Positions 14,803-23,143 of a stretch of DNA of 40,959 bases are shown here, piece after piece; position 1 is the stretch's first letter, and each line of letters opens with the position of its first letter. Position numbers and translations under genes: made by a program. The notes under the pieces were generated by a model. It ran no database searches, had not been told where the DNA came from, and saw only the letters and a list, made by a program, of their open reading frames with translations. The stretch is from an uncultured Methanosarcinales archaeon (GTDB lineage: Archaea > Nanobdellota > Nanobdellia > Woesearchaeales > PXDW01): positions 1 through 40,959 of the forward strand of contig CAZENX010000002.1 in the NCBI GenBank assembly GCA_964513865.1, given 5' to 3'.

Positions 14803-16140
14803 ATGAAAATCATAAAAGCCGGATATGATAAATATCTTAACAAAGATATTAAAAAGATTATTTTTGACAAGATTCCCGACAAAAAAATCTTTTCCTCAGG
14901 AGATGTTATATTCGGAAATCCTGTTTCTAATATTGCTATTGCTTTTATTTATACATGGAAATCAGACAAAGCTCCCGAGAAGATACATGATTTGTTTGTG
15001 AAATTATCAAATTATGCCGCTGTAACAGGTTATTGGAGAACAACTAATGGAGGAAAGTATGTGTTTGCCAATATACTCTCAAATCCCAACATAAACAAAT
15101 TAGTTGTCCTGGTTTTTGAAAAGGAAGATAATGGGCATCTGTTGGTTGATGCTTTAAGGAATCTATGGGTAAAAGGTGTTGATAAAGAAGGCATTATTGT
15201 AGATAGCAAATGTCCTAATCCAAAATTTGAAGGGATTCCAAATGAAGCCCTTAATAGAGTAAGAAAACAGGCTGATCTAGTTATTTTGAAAAGGATAAAA
15301 GATTTTTCATTAGCTGAAGATTTAATAAAAGCACAGATTCAGGAGCCGGAGAATGCTTTTCATGTTGATAATTTCAAGAATTTGGAATTTTATTCAAATT
15401 TTTCTGATAAAAAATTGATGTATGATGATGGAATCAGGTTTGATAAACCTTTTATTATTGATTTTTCATCAATTGCAGAAAAGGTTAAATTTGATAAAAA
15501 AAAGTTCCAGTTATCCCAATCTATTGAGGTAGAAGATTTAGATGAAGCAGTCAGGCAGGTAGCAGCTTTTATTTATGGGCATGGTGATTTAACAGAGGAT
15601 CAGAGGGGCATAAAAACCTTTGAGTACCGCTCTTTTTCTCTAACTGTTAGGGATGCTTTATCCAAAATGCCGGAGCATTTTTCTGCTGAATATTTAAAAA
15701 AATATGTAAAAGAGTTTATGGAAGGTGTAGGGGAAAAGTTAGATGATTTTGTTTATACCTATCATGATAGAATCTTCAAAAAATGGGGGGATCAGTTTGA
15801 GAAAGCTGTTAATATTTTGAAGAAAGACCCAAATACAAGAAGAGCTTTAATTTCATTATGGGATTCTGAAAAAGATATTTTATCGGTTAATCCGCCTTGT
15901 TTAGATTTTATATGGCCCTGCATTAGAAATAATAAGCTTGAGTTTCATGTTGTTTACAGAAGCCACCATCTTGCAACAGTTGATAAAGATGGTAAATTGA
16001 TAAAAGGAGAAGGAGCATTAGTCCCTAATCTTTATGCGATTGCCATAATGCAGCAAAAGATGGCAAAAGAATTAAATATGGAAAGGGGTTACCTCTATCT
16101 GACAGATTTTAGTGGGCATTTATATATGACGGAAAAATGA
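14803..16140 (+). CDS. Fusion protein: N-terminal MtrA-like (corrinoid-binding Rossmann-type) domain and C-terminal thymidylate synthase (ThyA) fold domain
   Basis: The C-terminal part aligns by eye to E. coli ThyA: DQFEKAVNILKKDPNTRRALISLWD, NPPCLDF (Cys366 at the nucleophile position), KLEFHVVYRSHH (Arg386), LVPNLYAIAI (Asn409) and GHLY. The N-terminal part (about residues 30-180) resembles MtrA as I remember it: GNPVSNIAIAF, ANILSNPNINKLVVLV, EDNGH (His112 at the position of the Co-ligating His), GVDKEGIIV. Confidence 0.65.
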   Translation: MKIIKAGYDKYLNKDIKKIIFDKIPDKKIFSSGDVIFGNPVSNIAIAFIYTWKSDKAPEKIHDLFVKLSNYAAVTGYWRTTNGGKYVFANILSNPNINKLVVLVFEKEDNGHLLVDALRNLWVKGVDKEGIIVDSKCPNPKFEGIPNEALNRVRKQADLVILKRIKDFSLAEDLIKAQIQEPENAFHVDNFKNLEFYSNFSDKKLMYDDGIRFDKPFIIDFSSIAEKVKFDKKKFQLSQSIEVEDLDEAVRQVAAFIYGHGDLTEDQRGIKTFEYRSFSLTVRDALSKMPEHFSAEYLKKYVKEFMEGVGEKLDDFVYTYHDRIFKKWGDQFEKAVNILKKDPNTRRALISLWDSEKDILSVNPPCLDFIWPCIRNNKLEFHVVYRSHHLATVDKDGKLIKGEGALVPNLYAIAIMQQKMAKELNMERGYLYLTDFSGHLYMTEK

Positions 16141-16841
16141 AAGGGAAATTTGTAATGATTGATGGGCTTGACGGTTCTGGTAAAGGGGTAGCAGTTGATG
16201 CTCTTAAAGAATCTACATTATCAAAAGGGAAGAAGGTTATTGATTTAAGGGAATTCTGGAAAAAGCAAGAAGGGTTTCCTGATATTTCAGATTATGATGT
16301 TATTATATCTGCAGAACCTACTTTTACAAATATAGGTAAGAATATAAGGGAAAGATTAATCAGGAAAGGGACAACCCATTCTGCAAAAGAGATTGCTGAA
16401 GCTTATTCTAATGATAGACTAGAACTTTATCAAAAAATTATTTTGCCAGCTTTAGAGCAAGGAAAAATAATTATACAGGAAAGAGGAGTAGTAACTTCCT
16501 TGGTTTATCAACCATTAATGAAAAATGGTTATATATTAGAGAAGATAAAAAATCTTGAAGGTAATAAATTTTGTATGGAGCATGCACCTGATTTACTAGT
16601 AATAATTGTTGTAAAGCCAGAGGTTGTTATAGAAAGATTAAAAGAAAGAGGAAAAAAAGATAATGCGATATTTGAAAAATTAGAGTTTCAAAAAAGGATA
16701 GAGAAGATATATGAAAGCGAGTGGCTTAAGCAGGAATTTGAAGCAAGAGGCTCAAAAGTTGTTTACCTTGACACAAATCCTCCTAAAACAGTTGAAGATA
16801 CAAAGAAAAAAATAATAGAGTTATTTGAAGAATTAATTTAA
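16137..16841 (+). CDS. tmk: Thymidylate (dTMP) kinase family protein
   Basis: P-loop FVMIDGLDGSGKG, NDRLELY (DR motif) and ERGVVTSLVYQ. The start overlaps the upstream stop (ATGA). Confidence 0.75.
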   Translation: MKGKFVMIDGLDGSGKGVAVDALKESTLSKGKKVIDLREFWKKQEGFPDISDYDVIISAEPTFTNIGKNIRERLIRKGTTHSAKEIAEAYSNDRLELYQKIILPALEQGKIIIQERGVVTSLVYQPLMKNGYILEKIKNLEGNKFCMEHAPDLLVIIVVKPEVVIERLKERGKKDNAIFEKLEFQKRIEKIYESEWLKQEFEARGSKVVYLDTNPPKTVEDTKKKIIELFEELI

Positions 16842-17261
16842 TCCAGTACTTCCAAAGCCGCCTTCTCCTCTTTTTGTTTTATCTAACTCAGGAACTTCTT
16901 CTATTTCTGCTGTCTCTATCTTGTTTATTATCATTTGAGCTATCTTCATACCTTTTTCTATTTTAAAATCTTCATTACTATGGTTTATCATAATGACTCC
17001 TATTATGCCTCTGTAGCCAGCATCAATTGTTCCCGGAGTGTTTAAAACAGTGATACCATGATTTGATGCTAAACCAGATTTTGGCCTTACTTGGGCCTCA
17101 TAACCCTCAGGAACCGCAATTTTTATACCACTGGATACAATTTTTCTTTCCCCTACTTTTAGAACAACATCTTCAGCAGAATATAGGTCCATTCCTGCAT
17201 CACCGGGATGAGCATATTTCGGCAAAGGAACATCCGCAATCTTCTGAATTTTTATTTTCAT
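16833..17261 (-). CDS. dut: dUTP diphosphatase (trimeric dUTPase)
   Basis: Motifs AGMDLYS, RPKSGL, GTIDAGYRG and C-terminal RGEGGFGSTG. The likely start is MKIKIQK at 17261 rather than the track start at 17321. The 3' end overlaps tmk by 9 nt, convergently. Confidence 0.85.
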   Translation of the reverse strand: MKIKIQKIADVPLPKYAHPGDAGMDLYSAEDVVLKVGERKIVSSGIKIAVPEGYEAQVRPKSGLASNHGITVLNTPGTIDAGYRGIIGVIMINHSNEDFKIEKGMKIAQMIINKIETAEIEEVPELDKTKRGEGGFGSTGLN

Positions 17262-17461
17262 TTCAATTTTCCTCGAAAATTGTAATGTGCTTAGAAAAGC
17301 TTTGCTTTTCTTGCATACCAAAAATGCTTTTGCATTTTTTAGTGTCCCAGAAATCTCTGATTTTTAAGGACATTCATTAAAAGAAAAAGTACTCATATTT
17401 AAATAATATTGCTTTGGAGAATATAATTAGATTTAAATATAATTAAATTTTTTATTTAAAA

Positions 17462-18040
17462 ATGTTTGATGGACAAACTCTTGTTGAAAAAATTGACTCT
17501 GATTTGAAGTACATCAAGAACTTAAACGCTCCTGAATATAATGTTTTTCAGGTGCAAAAAGATACTTCTATCTATGTCTTGAAATTTTCGCCTCTTGACA
17601 AAAGGCGTGGTGTTAACCACATCTTAAATGAAAAAAGAGCTTTAAAAAAAGCAAAAAACATTAATGGGATTACCCATCTAGTTAAAGATTATGGAATTAT
17701 AAATAATACTATTGCTATTCTAAAAGAATATGCTGATGGACATAATTTACAATATATTGGGGCTATTAGAGATGGAAAAAATCTCAAATCTCAAATCAGG
17801 AAAATAGTTTATGAATTGCATAATTTGGGTATGTCATTCATAGATCCTAGTGAAACTAACATAATTATTTCTCATGATAGGTCTAAAGCGACTCTAATAG
17901 ACTTGGGAACTTGTATATTTAAGGAAGATTCTGTAGAAAAATTTAATGCATGGGAAAAAGAGGATATTTCTCATTTAAGTGATGTATTTAAAGATTATTT
18001 CTTAAAGAAAAATCAAACTGCAAAATTTCTTTATGGTTAA
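17462..18040 (+). CDS. Small atypical protein-kinase-like protein (Bud32/RIO-like fold), with a degenerate catalytic loop
   Basis: YVLKF (VAIK-like Lys), ILKEYADGHNL (hinge), LHNLGMSFIDPSETNIII (in place of HGDLxxxN) and LIDLGT (DFG-like). No glycine-rich loop seen. Confidence 0.4.
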   Translation: MFDGQTLVEKIDSDLKYIKNLNAPEYNVFQVQKDTSIYVLKFSPLDKRRGVNHILNEKRALKKAKNINGITHLVKDYGIINNTIAILKEYADGHNLQYIGAIRDGKNLKSQIRKIVYELHNLGMSFIDPSETNIIISHDRSKATLIDLGTCIFKEDSVEKFNAWEKEDISHLSDVFKDYFLKKNQTAKFLYG

Positions 18041-18071
18041 GTTTTTAAATTAAACTTATTTTCTAGATTTT

Positions 18072-18992
18072 ATGAAACCAGAAGTGAAAAAATTATTAGA
18101 AAATCAGCAATATAAAATTATAGGCAAGAATGCTGCTGTTAAGATATGCACATGGACAAAGAAATCTTTAAGAGATGAGGATTTCTGCTATAAAGAAAAG
18201 TTTTATGGCATTAAGAGTCATCTTTGCTGTCAGATAACCCCTTGTGTTAATTATTGCCAGCAATCCTGCATCTTCTGTTGGAGGCCTGTTGAGCATACAG
18301 AAGGAATAAAAATGAAGGAGTATGATGAGCCAAAGGAAATTATAAAAGGAGTAATTGAAGGGCAAAGGAAATTATTAAGTGGTTTTGGAGGCAATGAAAA
18401 GGTAAACAGGAAAAAATTTTTTGAGGCAAAGAATCCAAAACAATTTGCTATTTCGTTGGCAGGAGAGCCAACTTTGTATCTTAAGTTAAATGAATTAATA
18501 AATGAACTCAATGAAATAGGAACAACCTTTGTTGTAAGTAATGGTTTAAATCCTGAGGTTTTAAAAAAAATAAAACCTACTCAGCTTTATGTTTCATTAG
18601 ATGCTCCAAATGAGGAAATCTATAAAAAAATTTGCAGGCCTGCTGTTAAGGATGGATGGAAAAAGTTAATGAAATCTTTATCTTTACTTAAGAAGATAAA
18701 AAGAAGCTGTATTAGAATAACATTAGTTAAAGGTTTGAATATGATATATCCTAAAAAATATGCTAAATTGATTGAAAAGGCTTCTCCCAAATTTGTTGAG
18801 GTAAAGGCATACATGTTTGTTGGCTACTCAAGACAAAGATTAAACATAAAGAATATGCCCTTACATAATGAAGTTAAGGAATTTGCTGAAAAAATAGCTG
18901 AAAGCTCAGGTTATAAAATAATCGATGAAAAGAAAGAATCAAGGGTTGTTTTATTGATGAAAGAAGATAAAAATAGGTTTATAAAGTTATGA
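18072..18992 (+). CDS. taw1: tRNA 4-demethylwyosine synthase (radical SAM, Taw1/TYW1 family)
   Basis: Radical SAM CQQSCIFC (Cx3Cx2C), preceded by the extra Cys set (KICTW...FCYK...LCCQITPC) typical of Taw1. Size 306 aa. Confidence 0.75.
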   Translation: MKPEVKKLLENQQYKIIGKNAAVKICTWTKKSLRDEDFCYKEKFYGIKSHLCCQITPCVNYCQQSCIFCWRPVEHTEGIKMKEYDEPKEIIKGVIEGQRKLLSGFGGNEKVNRKKFFEAKNPKQFAISLAGEPTLYLKLNELINELNEIGTTFVVSNGLNPEVLKKIKPTQLYVSLDAPNEEIYKKICRPAVKDGWKKLMKSLSLLKKIKRSCIRITLVKGLNMIYPKKYAKLIEKASPKFVEVKAYMFVGYSRQRLNIKNMPLHNEVKEFAEKIAESSGYKIIDEKKESRVVLLMKEDKNRFIKL

Positions 18993-19563
18993 TTTTCCCC
19001 TTATAGCCAGGATTAATTACTTTTGTTTTTCCAATATTATCTGATTTTCCATCATTCTCATGCAGATGCCCGCATATTGCTACTAAAGGTTTTGTTTTCT
19101 CTATAAATTTTCTTATAGACATGTTTCCTGCATGCCCATCTAATAATTCATCTACCTTTGTCCTATAAGGTGGTGCATGTGTAACTAAAACAAATCTTTT
19201 GTTTTTTAAATCCTTAAATTTTTTCATTGCAACTTCAAATTCAGGGTCTTCTTTTTCAAAACCTCCTCCTCCATATCCTAAAAAGATTAAATCATCTAAG
19301 GTATAGGTTTTATTGTGTATAAATTCAATATTCTTATATTTGCTACAAGCTTTTTTTAAGATGTTCTCACTCTCATGATTCCCATGTATCATCAAAACAG
19401 GCTTATTGAATCTATTTAGTTTTGAAAGTAAATAATCCAATCTTTCCTCGAAAATAGAGATATCTCCTGCACATACAAGAGCATCTACCTTCTTTGCCTT
19501 TTCTTTTAATTCTTTTAGTGCTCTGGTGCTTCCATGCAGGTCAACGAATAATAATAGTTTCAT
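18979..19563 (-). CDS. Metallophosphoesterase (calcineurin-like, YfcE/MJ0936-type)
   Basis: Motifs LFVDLHGS, CAGDIS, IHGNHES, VTHAPP and CGHLHE. Confidence 0.75.
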   Translation of the reverse strand: MKLLLFVDLHGSTRALKELKEKAKKVDALVCAGDISIFEERLDYLLSKLNRFNKPVLMIHGNHESENILKKACSKYKNIEFIHNKTYTLDDLIFLGYGGGGFEKEDPEFEVAMKKFKDLKNKRFVLVTHAPPYRTKVDELLDGHAGNMSIRKFIEKTKPLVAICGHLHENDGKSDNIGKTKVINPGYKGKIITL

Positions 19564-19783
19564 ATTTTTAGGGGATTTTTACTAATATTTAAGGTTTTTT
19601 ATAATTAGAAAAACGAGAAATAACGCCTTAAATTAAAAAAAATATAAAAAATAAAGCTTTTTTTAATAAAAAAAGGAAAAATAAACATATAAATTTAAAA
19701 AATAGAAACATTTATATATAATAAATTATATTTAGTAGGTTATAATAAAATGTTAGATAATATAATCCAAAAATCAGGAGTTG

Positions 19784-20407
19784 ATGAATAAAATGTTTAA
19801 AGCCAATATACAAAACATAAATGGAACTATTGATGATAAGATAGTCAATTCTATATATGTTGACTTAAATACTACTATAAAAAAAAATTTGAATGGAATC
19901 TATATAAATCCTTGGAAAGTTATTAAAGATTATGTCTCTGAGGCTTCTAAAAAACGTATTACTACTTATAAATTGAAGATTCCAAAAAAATATAAGAAAC
20001 GTTTTTTCAGTAAAAAATATGATGAGATAAGATTAGAATTTATGGTTATACCTGAAAATCAAATCACAATTAATGATGACAAAAGATACGAATCTAATTT
20101 TAATAATCTGAAGAAAGCTTCAATTGCATCCATTAAGAATAACAAATTTAATAAAAAAATAGATAATATAAAAATAAACGATAGTGTACTAGAGGATTAT
20201 AAATTTGGCAATGGAGTAATAAAATATCTGGCTGCTATAACAAAAACAGGAAACTATTTTATATCTGATAAAGATATTAGATTTTTTAATGATTATCCTT
20301 TAATGTTTATATCATTAATGAATGGAAAAATAAGATATGATAAAGACAATAATAAAGCCCCAACAAAATATATTTCTATAATGAACCCACAAACTCTTCC
20401 TGTTTAA
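19784..20407 (+). CDS. Hypothetical Asn/Lys-rich protein
   Basis: Long ORF after a 217-bp extremely AT-rich spacer. No motif recognised. Confidence 0.4.
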   Translation: MNKMFKANIQNINGTIDDKIVNSIYVDLNTTIKKNLNGIYINPWKVIKDYVSEASKKRITTYKLKIPKKYKKRFFSKKYDEIRLEFMVIPENQITINDDKRYESNFNNLKKASIASIKNNKFNKKIDNIKINDSVLEDYKFGNGVIKYLAAITKTGNYFISDKDIRFFNDYPLMFISLMNGKIRYDKDNNKAPTKYISIMNPQTLPV

Positions 20408-20468
20408 AGTTGAAAATTTTGATTAAATAACAAAAATTATAAATAGTTTCTTTATTTCATATTCCAGA

Positions 20469-21065
20469 ATGCAATTTTACAAGCAAACAACAAATTATAC
20501 GTGCGCATCAGCGGCTTTGCTTATGATTATAAATCATTTCAAGCCTTTGTATAGGTTAAGCAGGAAGAATGAATTTGAAATATGGAAAAGTTCTGTTATT
20601 CTGCCAATAAGGGCTGCTTCTATTTATGGCTTGGCAATATATGCTCATGAGCAAGGTTTAAAAATGAAAATATGGGCCCAAAGTTTAAATTATGATTTCC
20701 CTGACTACAGGTTTAAAGGCTATACAAAAGATGATGTTGAAGATGCCAAGTTCATGTCTGATAATTATCTGAAAAGATTAAAGAGACTGAATATTCCAAT
20801 AGATGAAAGGGACTTCACAATATCAGATATAAAGAGATTTCTGAATCAGGGAAAGATATTAATGGTCAGGTTAGATGCAGGGGTCTTCAGAACAACAGGA
20901 AGAACCTCTAATTATGTTGTTGTTTCTGGTATGAGAAACAATTATTTTGTGATATATGATCCTTTGCAGGGCAAGATTCATGTAAGTGAGGAAAAGCTGA
21001 AAGAAGCTTTAAAGGATTTAGTGGAAAGAAGAAAAAGAGACCATAAGATGATTATTTTTGGATAA
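20469..21065 (+). CDS. Peptidase C39-like (papain-fold) domain protein
   Basis: N-terminal YKQTTNYTCASAALLMI resembles the Q..x..C motif of C39-like peptidases. The later NYVVVSG...YDP resembles the His-strand, but Asn replaces the expected His. Confidence 0.45.
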   Translation: MQFYKQTTNYTCASAALLMIINHFKPLYRLSRKNEFEIWKSSVILPIRAASIYGLAIYAHEQGLKMKIWAQSLNYDFPDYRFKGYTKDDVEDAKFMSDNYLKRLKRLNIPIDERDFTISDIKRFLNQGKILMVRLDAGVFRTTGRTSNYVVVSGMRNNYFVIYDPLQGKIHVSEEKLKEALKDLVERRKRDHKMIIFG

Positions 21066-21387
21066 AATGTATTCTATCATTTTGATAATTTTCTACCAAT
21101 TTTTCTAATTTGCCAATAGAAATACCTATTTTTGCTGAAATTAGTGCTAGTGTTTCTAAACTTTTTTTCTTATTATAATATTTTATTCCAGGAGAAAATA
21201 TAGATTCTACATGAGCTTTATAACCATACTTTACATAATCTTTAGCTAATTTTACCATCTCATCATTCTTAAGATACCTCCTCAATGTAGGTTTGAGTAT
21301 ATTTAATAAAATACAAATCTCTTTTTGTTTTGCTCCTAATGCATTATAGAAGTAAATCCCAAATTGTTTTTCTATGCTTGTTGTCAT
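21052..21387 (-). CDS. Hypothetical small protein, possible HTH
   Basis: KQKEICILLNILKPTLRRYLK looks like a helix-turn-helix. A second ISAKIGISIGKLEKLV segment is similar. Confidence 0.4.
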   Translation of the reverse strand: MTTSIEKQFGIYFYNALGAKQKEICILLNILKPTLRRYLKNDEMVKLAKDYVKYGYKAHVESIFSPGIKYYNKKKSLETLALISAKIGISIGKLEKLVENYQNDRIHFIQK

Positions 21388-21493
21388 TTTAAGTATCTTT
21401 TTTATTTTTAATGTCCTCCTCTTTTAATACCATTTTTTATATTAATAGTATAATTTTTGACACATATACAGAAACCTTTTTTTATAAATACTC

Positions 21494-22027
21494 TTATCTC
21501 GTCACTACCAATTTATGTTTATTAAAATAATTTACTGCTTTTTCAGCAAGATTGTCTTTAATCTTTTTATTTAATCTTTTTCCTGCTCTTATACCTGCTT
21601 CTATTCCTTTTATTCCACCATAAACTACAAGGCCACTTATTATACCTAAAGATATTGAATAACCAAGTGCAGGAACAATCATCTTTGGATTTTTAATAAC
21701 CACACCTATCTTATCTATATATCCAGTTAATCCGTCTCTACTTCCATAAACTATTTGCATTGCCTTTTCATTTAAATTGTATATTAAATTTCCTAAAAAA
21801 GCAACAGTCCCACTAGCATAACTTATCATTTTTCTTTTATCATTTGGTTTACCAAAAACAAAATCAATGAACTTCTCAAAATCCCCTTTTTTTTCTTTAT
21901 TAATATATTCAACTGCTTTAGAATTAGGTATAGGATAATTATACTCCCTTACATGATCATCAATACTATCTTCTGCCATATATACATTACGAAATAACTT
22001 ATATATAAATCTTTCTATTATCACCAC
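21494..22027 (-). CDS. Hypothetical membrane-associated protein
   Basis: GTG start in the track; an alternative ATG (MAEDS) is at 21979. Gly-rich hydrophobic segments GTVAFLGNLIY and ALGYSISLGIISGLVVYGGI. Confidence 0.4.
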   Translation of the reverse strand: MVIIERFIYKLFRNVYMAEDSIDDHVREYNYPIPNSKAVEYINKEKKGDFEKFIDFVFGKPNDKRKMISYASGTVAFLGNLIYNLNEKAMQIVYGSRDGLTGYIDKIGVVIKNPKMIVPALGYSISLGIISGLVVYGGIKGIEAGIRAGKRLNKKIKDNLAEKAVNYFNKHKLVVTR

Positions 22028-22034
22028 TAAATAG

Positions 22035-22613
22035 TTACAATATCAACCTTAGAATAAAGATAACTGCTGCAGCAACTAATGGCATGATGATGTTATCATT
22101 AATTTTCAAATATCTAAAATCAATTGCTTCTACAAGCATGGCAAAAAAGCTGGCTATGAATGCTTCAAAGGGATTTACAAAAAGCATTGCTCCTAAAAAA
22201 GCAAACAACATTCCTGTTAAGGTTCCTTCATATAGCCTATTTTTATTAAAAGGATGTTGCAATTTTCCAAATCTTTTTCCCACCAACACGCTAATAGAAT
22301 CCCCTAGAGTCAGGATTGCAATAGAAGCCAGAGCTATATCTTTAGGAAACAATCTGACAACCAAAAAACAACCAATGAAAAAAGTAAGCATTCCTAATGC
22401 CGGAAATCTCTTTCTTACTTCTGCTCTTTCAAAATTATTTACCCACCATGTTATTATTGGTATTTTAATTTTTGTCTGTATAAAAGAGCCGAGAGTAATT
22501 GCAATTATTGCCAAGAATAACATAAAAGCATTAATTAAATCAAAATAATATAATGTGATAATGCCTGCACCTAGAAAGATATGAAAAAGCTGTCTTTTTA
22601 ATTCGAATTTCAT
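22035..22613 (-). CDS. Polyprenol (dolichol) kinase / CTP-dependent cytidylyltransferase-family membrane protein
   Basis: Six hydrophobic segments and the family motif LTLGDSISVLVGKRFGK. Confidence 0.55.
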   Translation of the reverse strand: MKFELKRQLFHIFLGAGIITLYYFDLINAFMLFLAIIAITLGSFIQTKIKIPIITWWVNNFERAEVRKRFPALGMLTFFIGCFLVVRLFPKDIALASIAILTLGDSISVLVGKRFGKLQHPFNKNRLYEGTLTGMLFAFLGAMLFVNPFEAFIASFFAMLVEAIDFRYLKINDNIIMPLVAAAVIFILRLIL

Positions 22614-22614
22614 T

Positions 22615-23121
22615 TTAAAATAAGCTAATTAAACCTTTGCTGCTTAAACTTAAGATAGTAACAATAATGCCTGCAATAGTAACTCCAATTAAATCTGCAA
22701 TAATAAATTTCTTAAATTTTAAGCCAATAGCATAAGCACCTAATGCACCAGTATAAACGCCTGATCCTGGCAAAGGTATTGCAATAAACAAACCCACTCC
22801 TAATTCTCCAAATTTGTCAACGTATTTCTTAATTCTTCTTTGGGGTCTGGCAATAATTTTATTATAATATTTGCTAAATAATTTAAATCTCAAGAGATAT
22901 TTTACAACAGTATTCAAAATCAGATATATAATAATCCCCAAGACAAAGTTAGTTATGACGCAAACAAAAAAAACAGTATACCATGGCATATCTAAGCCGA
23001 CCAAAGCAAGACCAAAGGGTAACTTAACAGTTCCTGCTAAAATACCTGCTGGAATACTATATCTTAACTCTAAAAAAGGTATTAAAGTAAGCAGTATCAA
23101 CAACAGTATTTTATTAAGCAT
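22615..23121 (-). CDS. Small multidrug-export-like membrane protein (COG2426 type)
   Basis: The N-terminal LELRYSIPAGI motif and 4-5 TM segments match my memory of this family. Confidence 0.5.
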   Translation of the reverse strand: MLNKILLLILLTLIPFLELRYSIPAGILAGTVKLPFGLALVGLDMPWYTVFFVCVITNFVLGIIIYLILNTVVKYLLRFKLFSKYYNKIIARPQRRIKKYVDKFGELGVGLFIAIPLPGSGVYTGALGAYAIGLKFKKFIIADLIGVTIAGIIVTILSLSSKGLISLF

Positions 23122-23143
23122 AATAGAATTTATTTTTATTAAT

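Noticed and set aside
19564-19780. A 217-bp spacer of about 85% AT as a possible replication origin or DNA-unwinding element
   Set aside because: I could find no repeated ORB-like boxes and there is no orc1/cdc6 gene nearby. The AT richness fits a promoter or spacer region in an already AT-rich genome.
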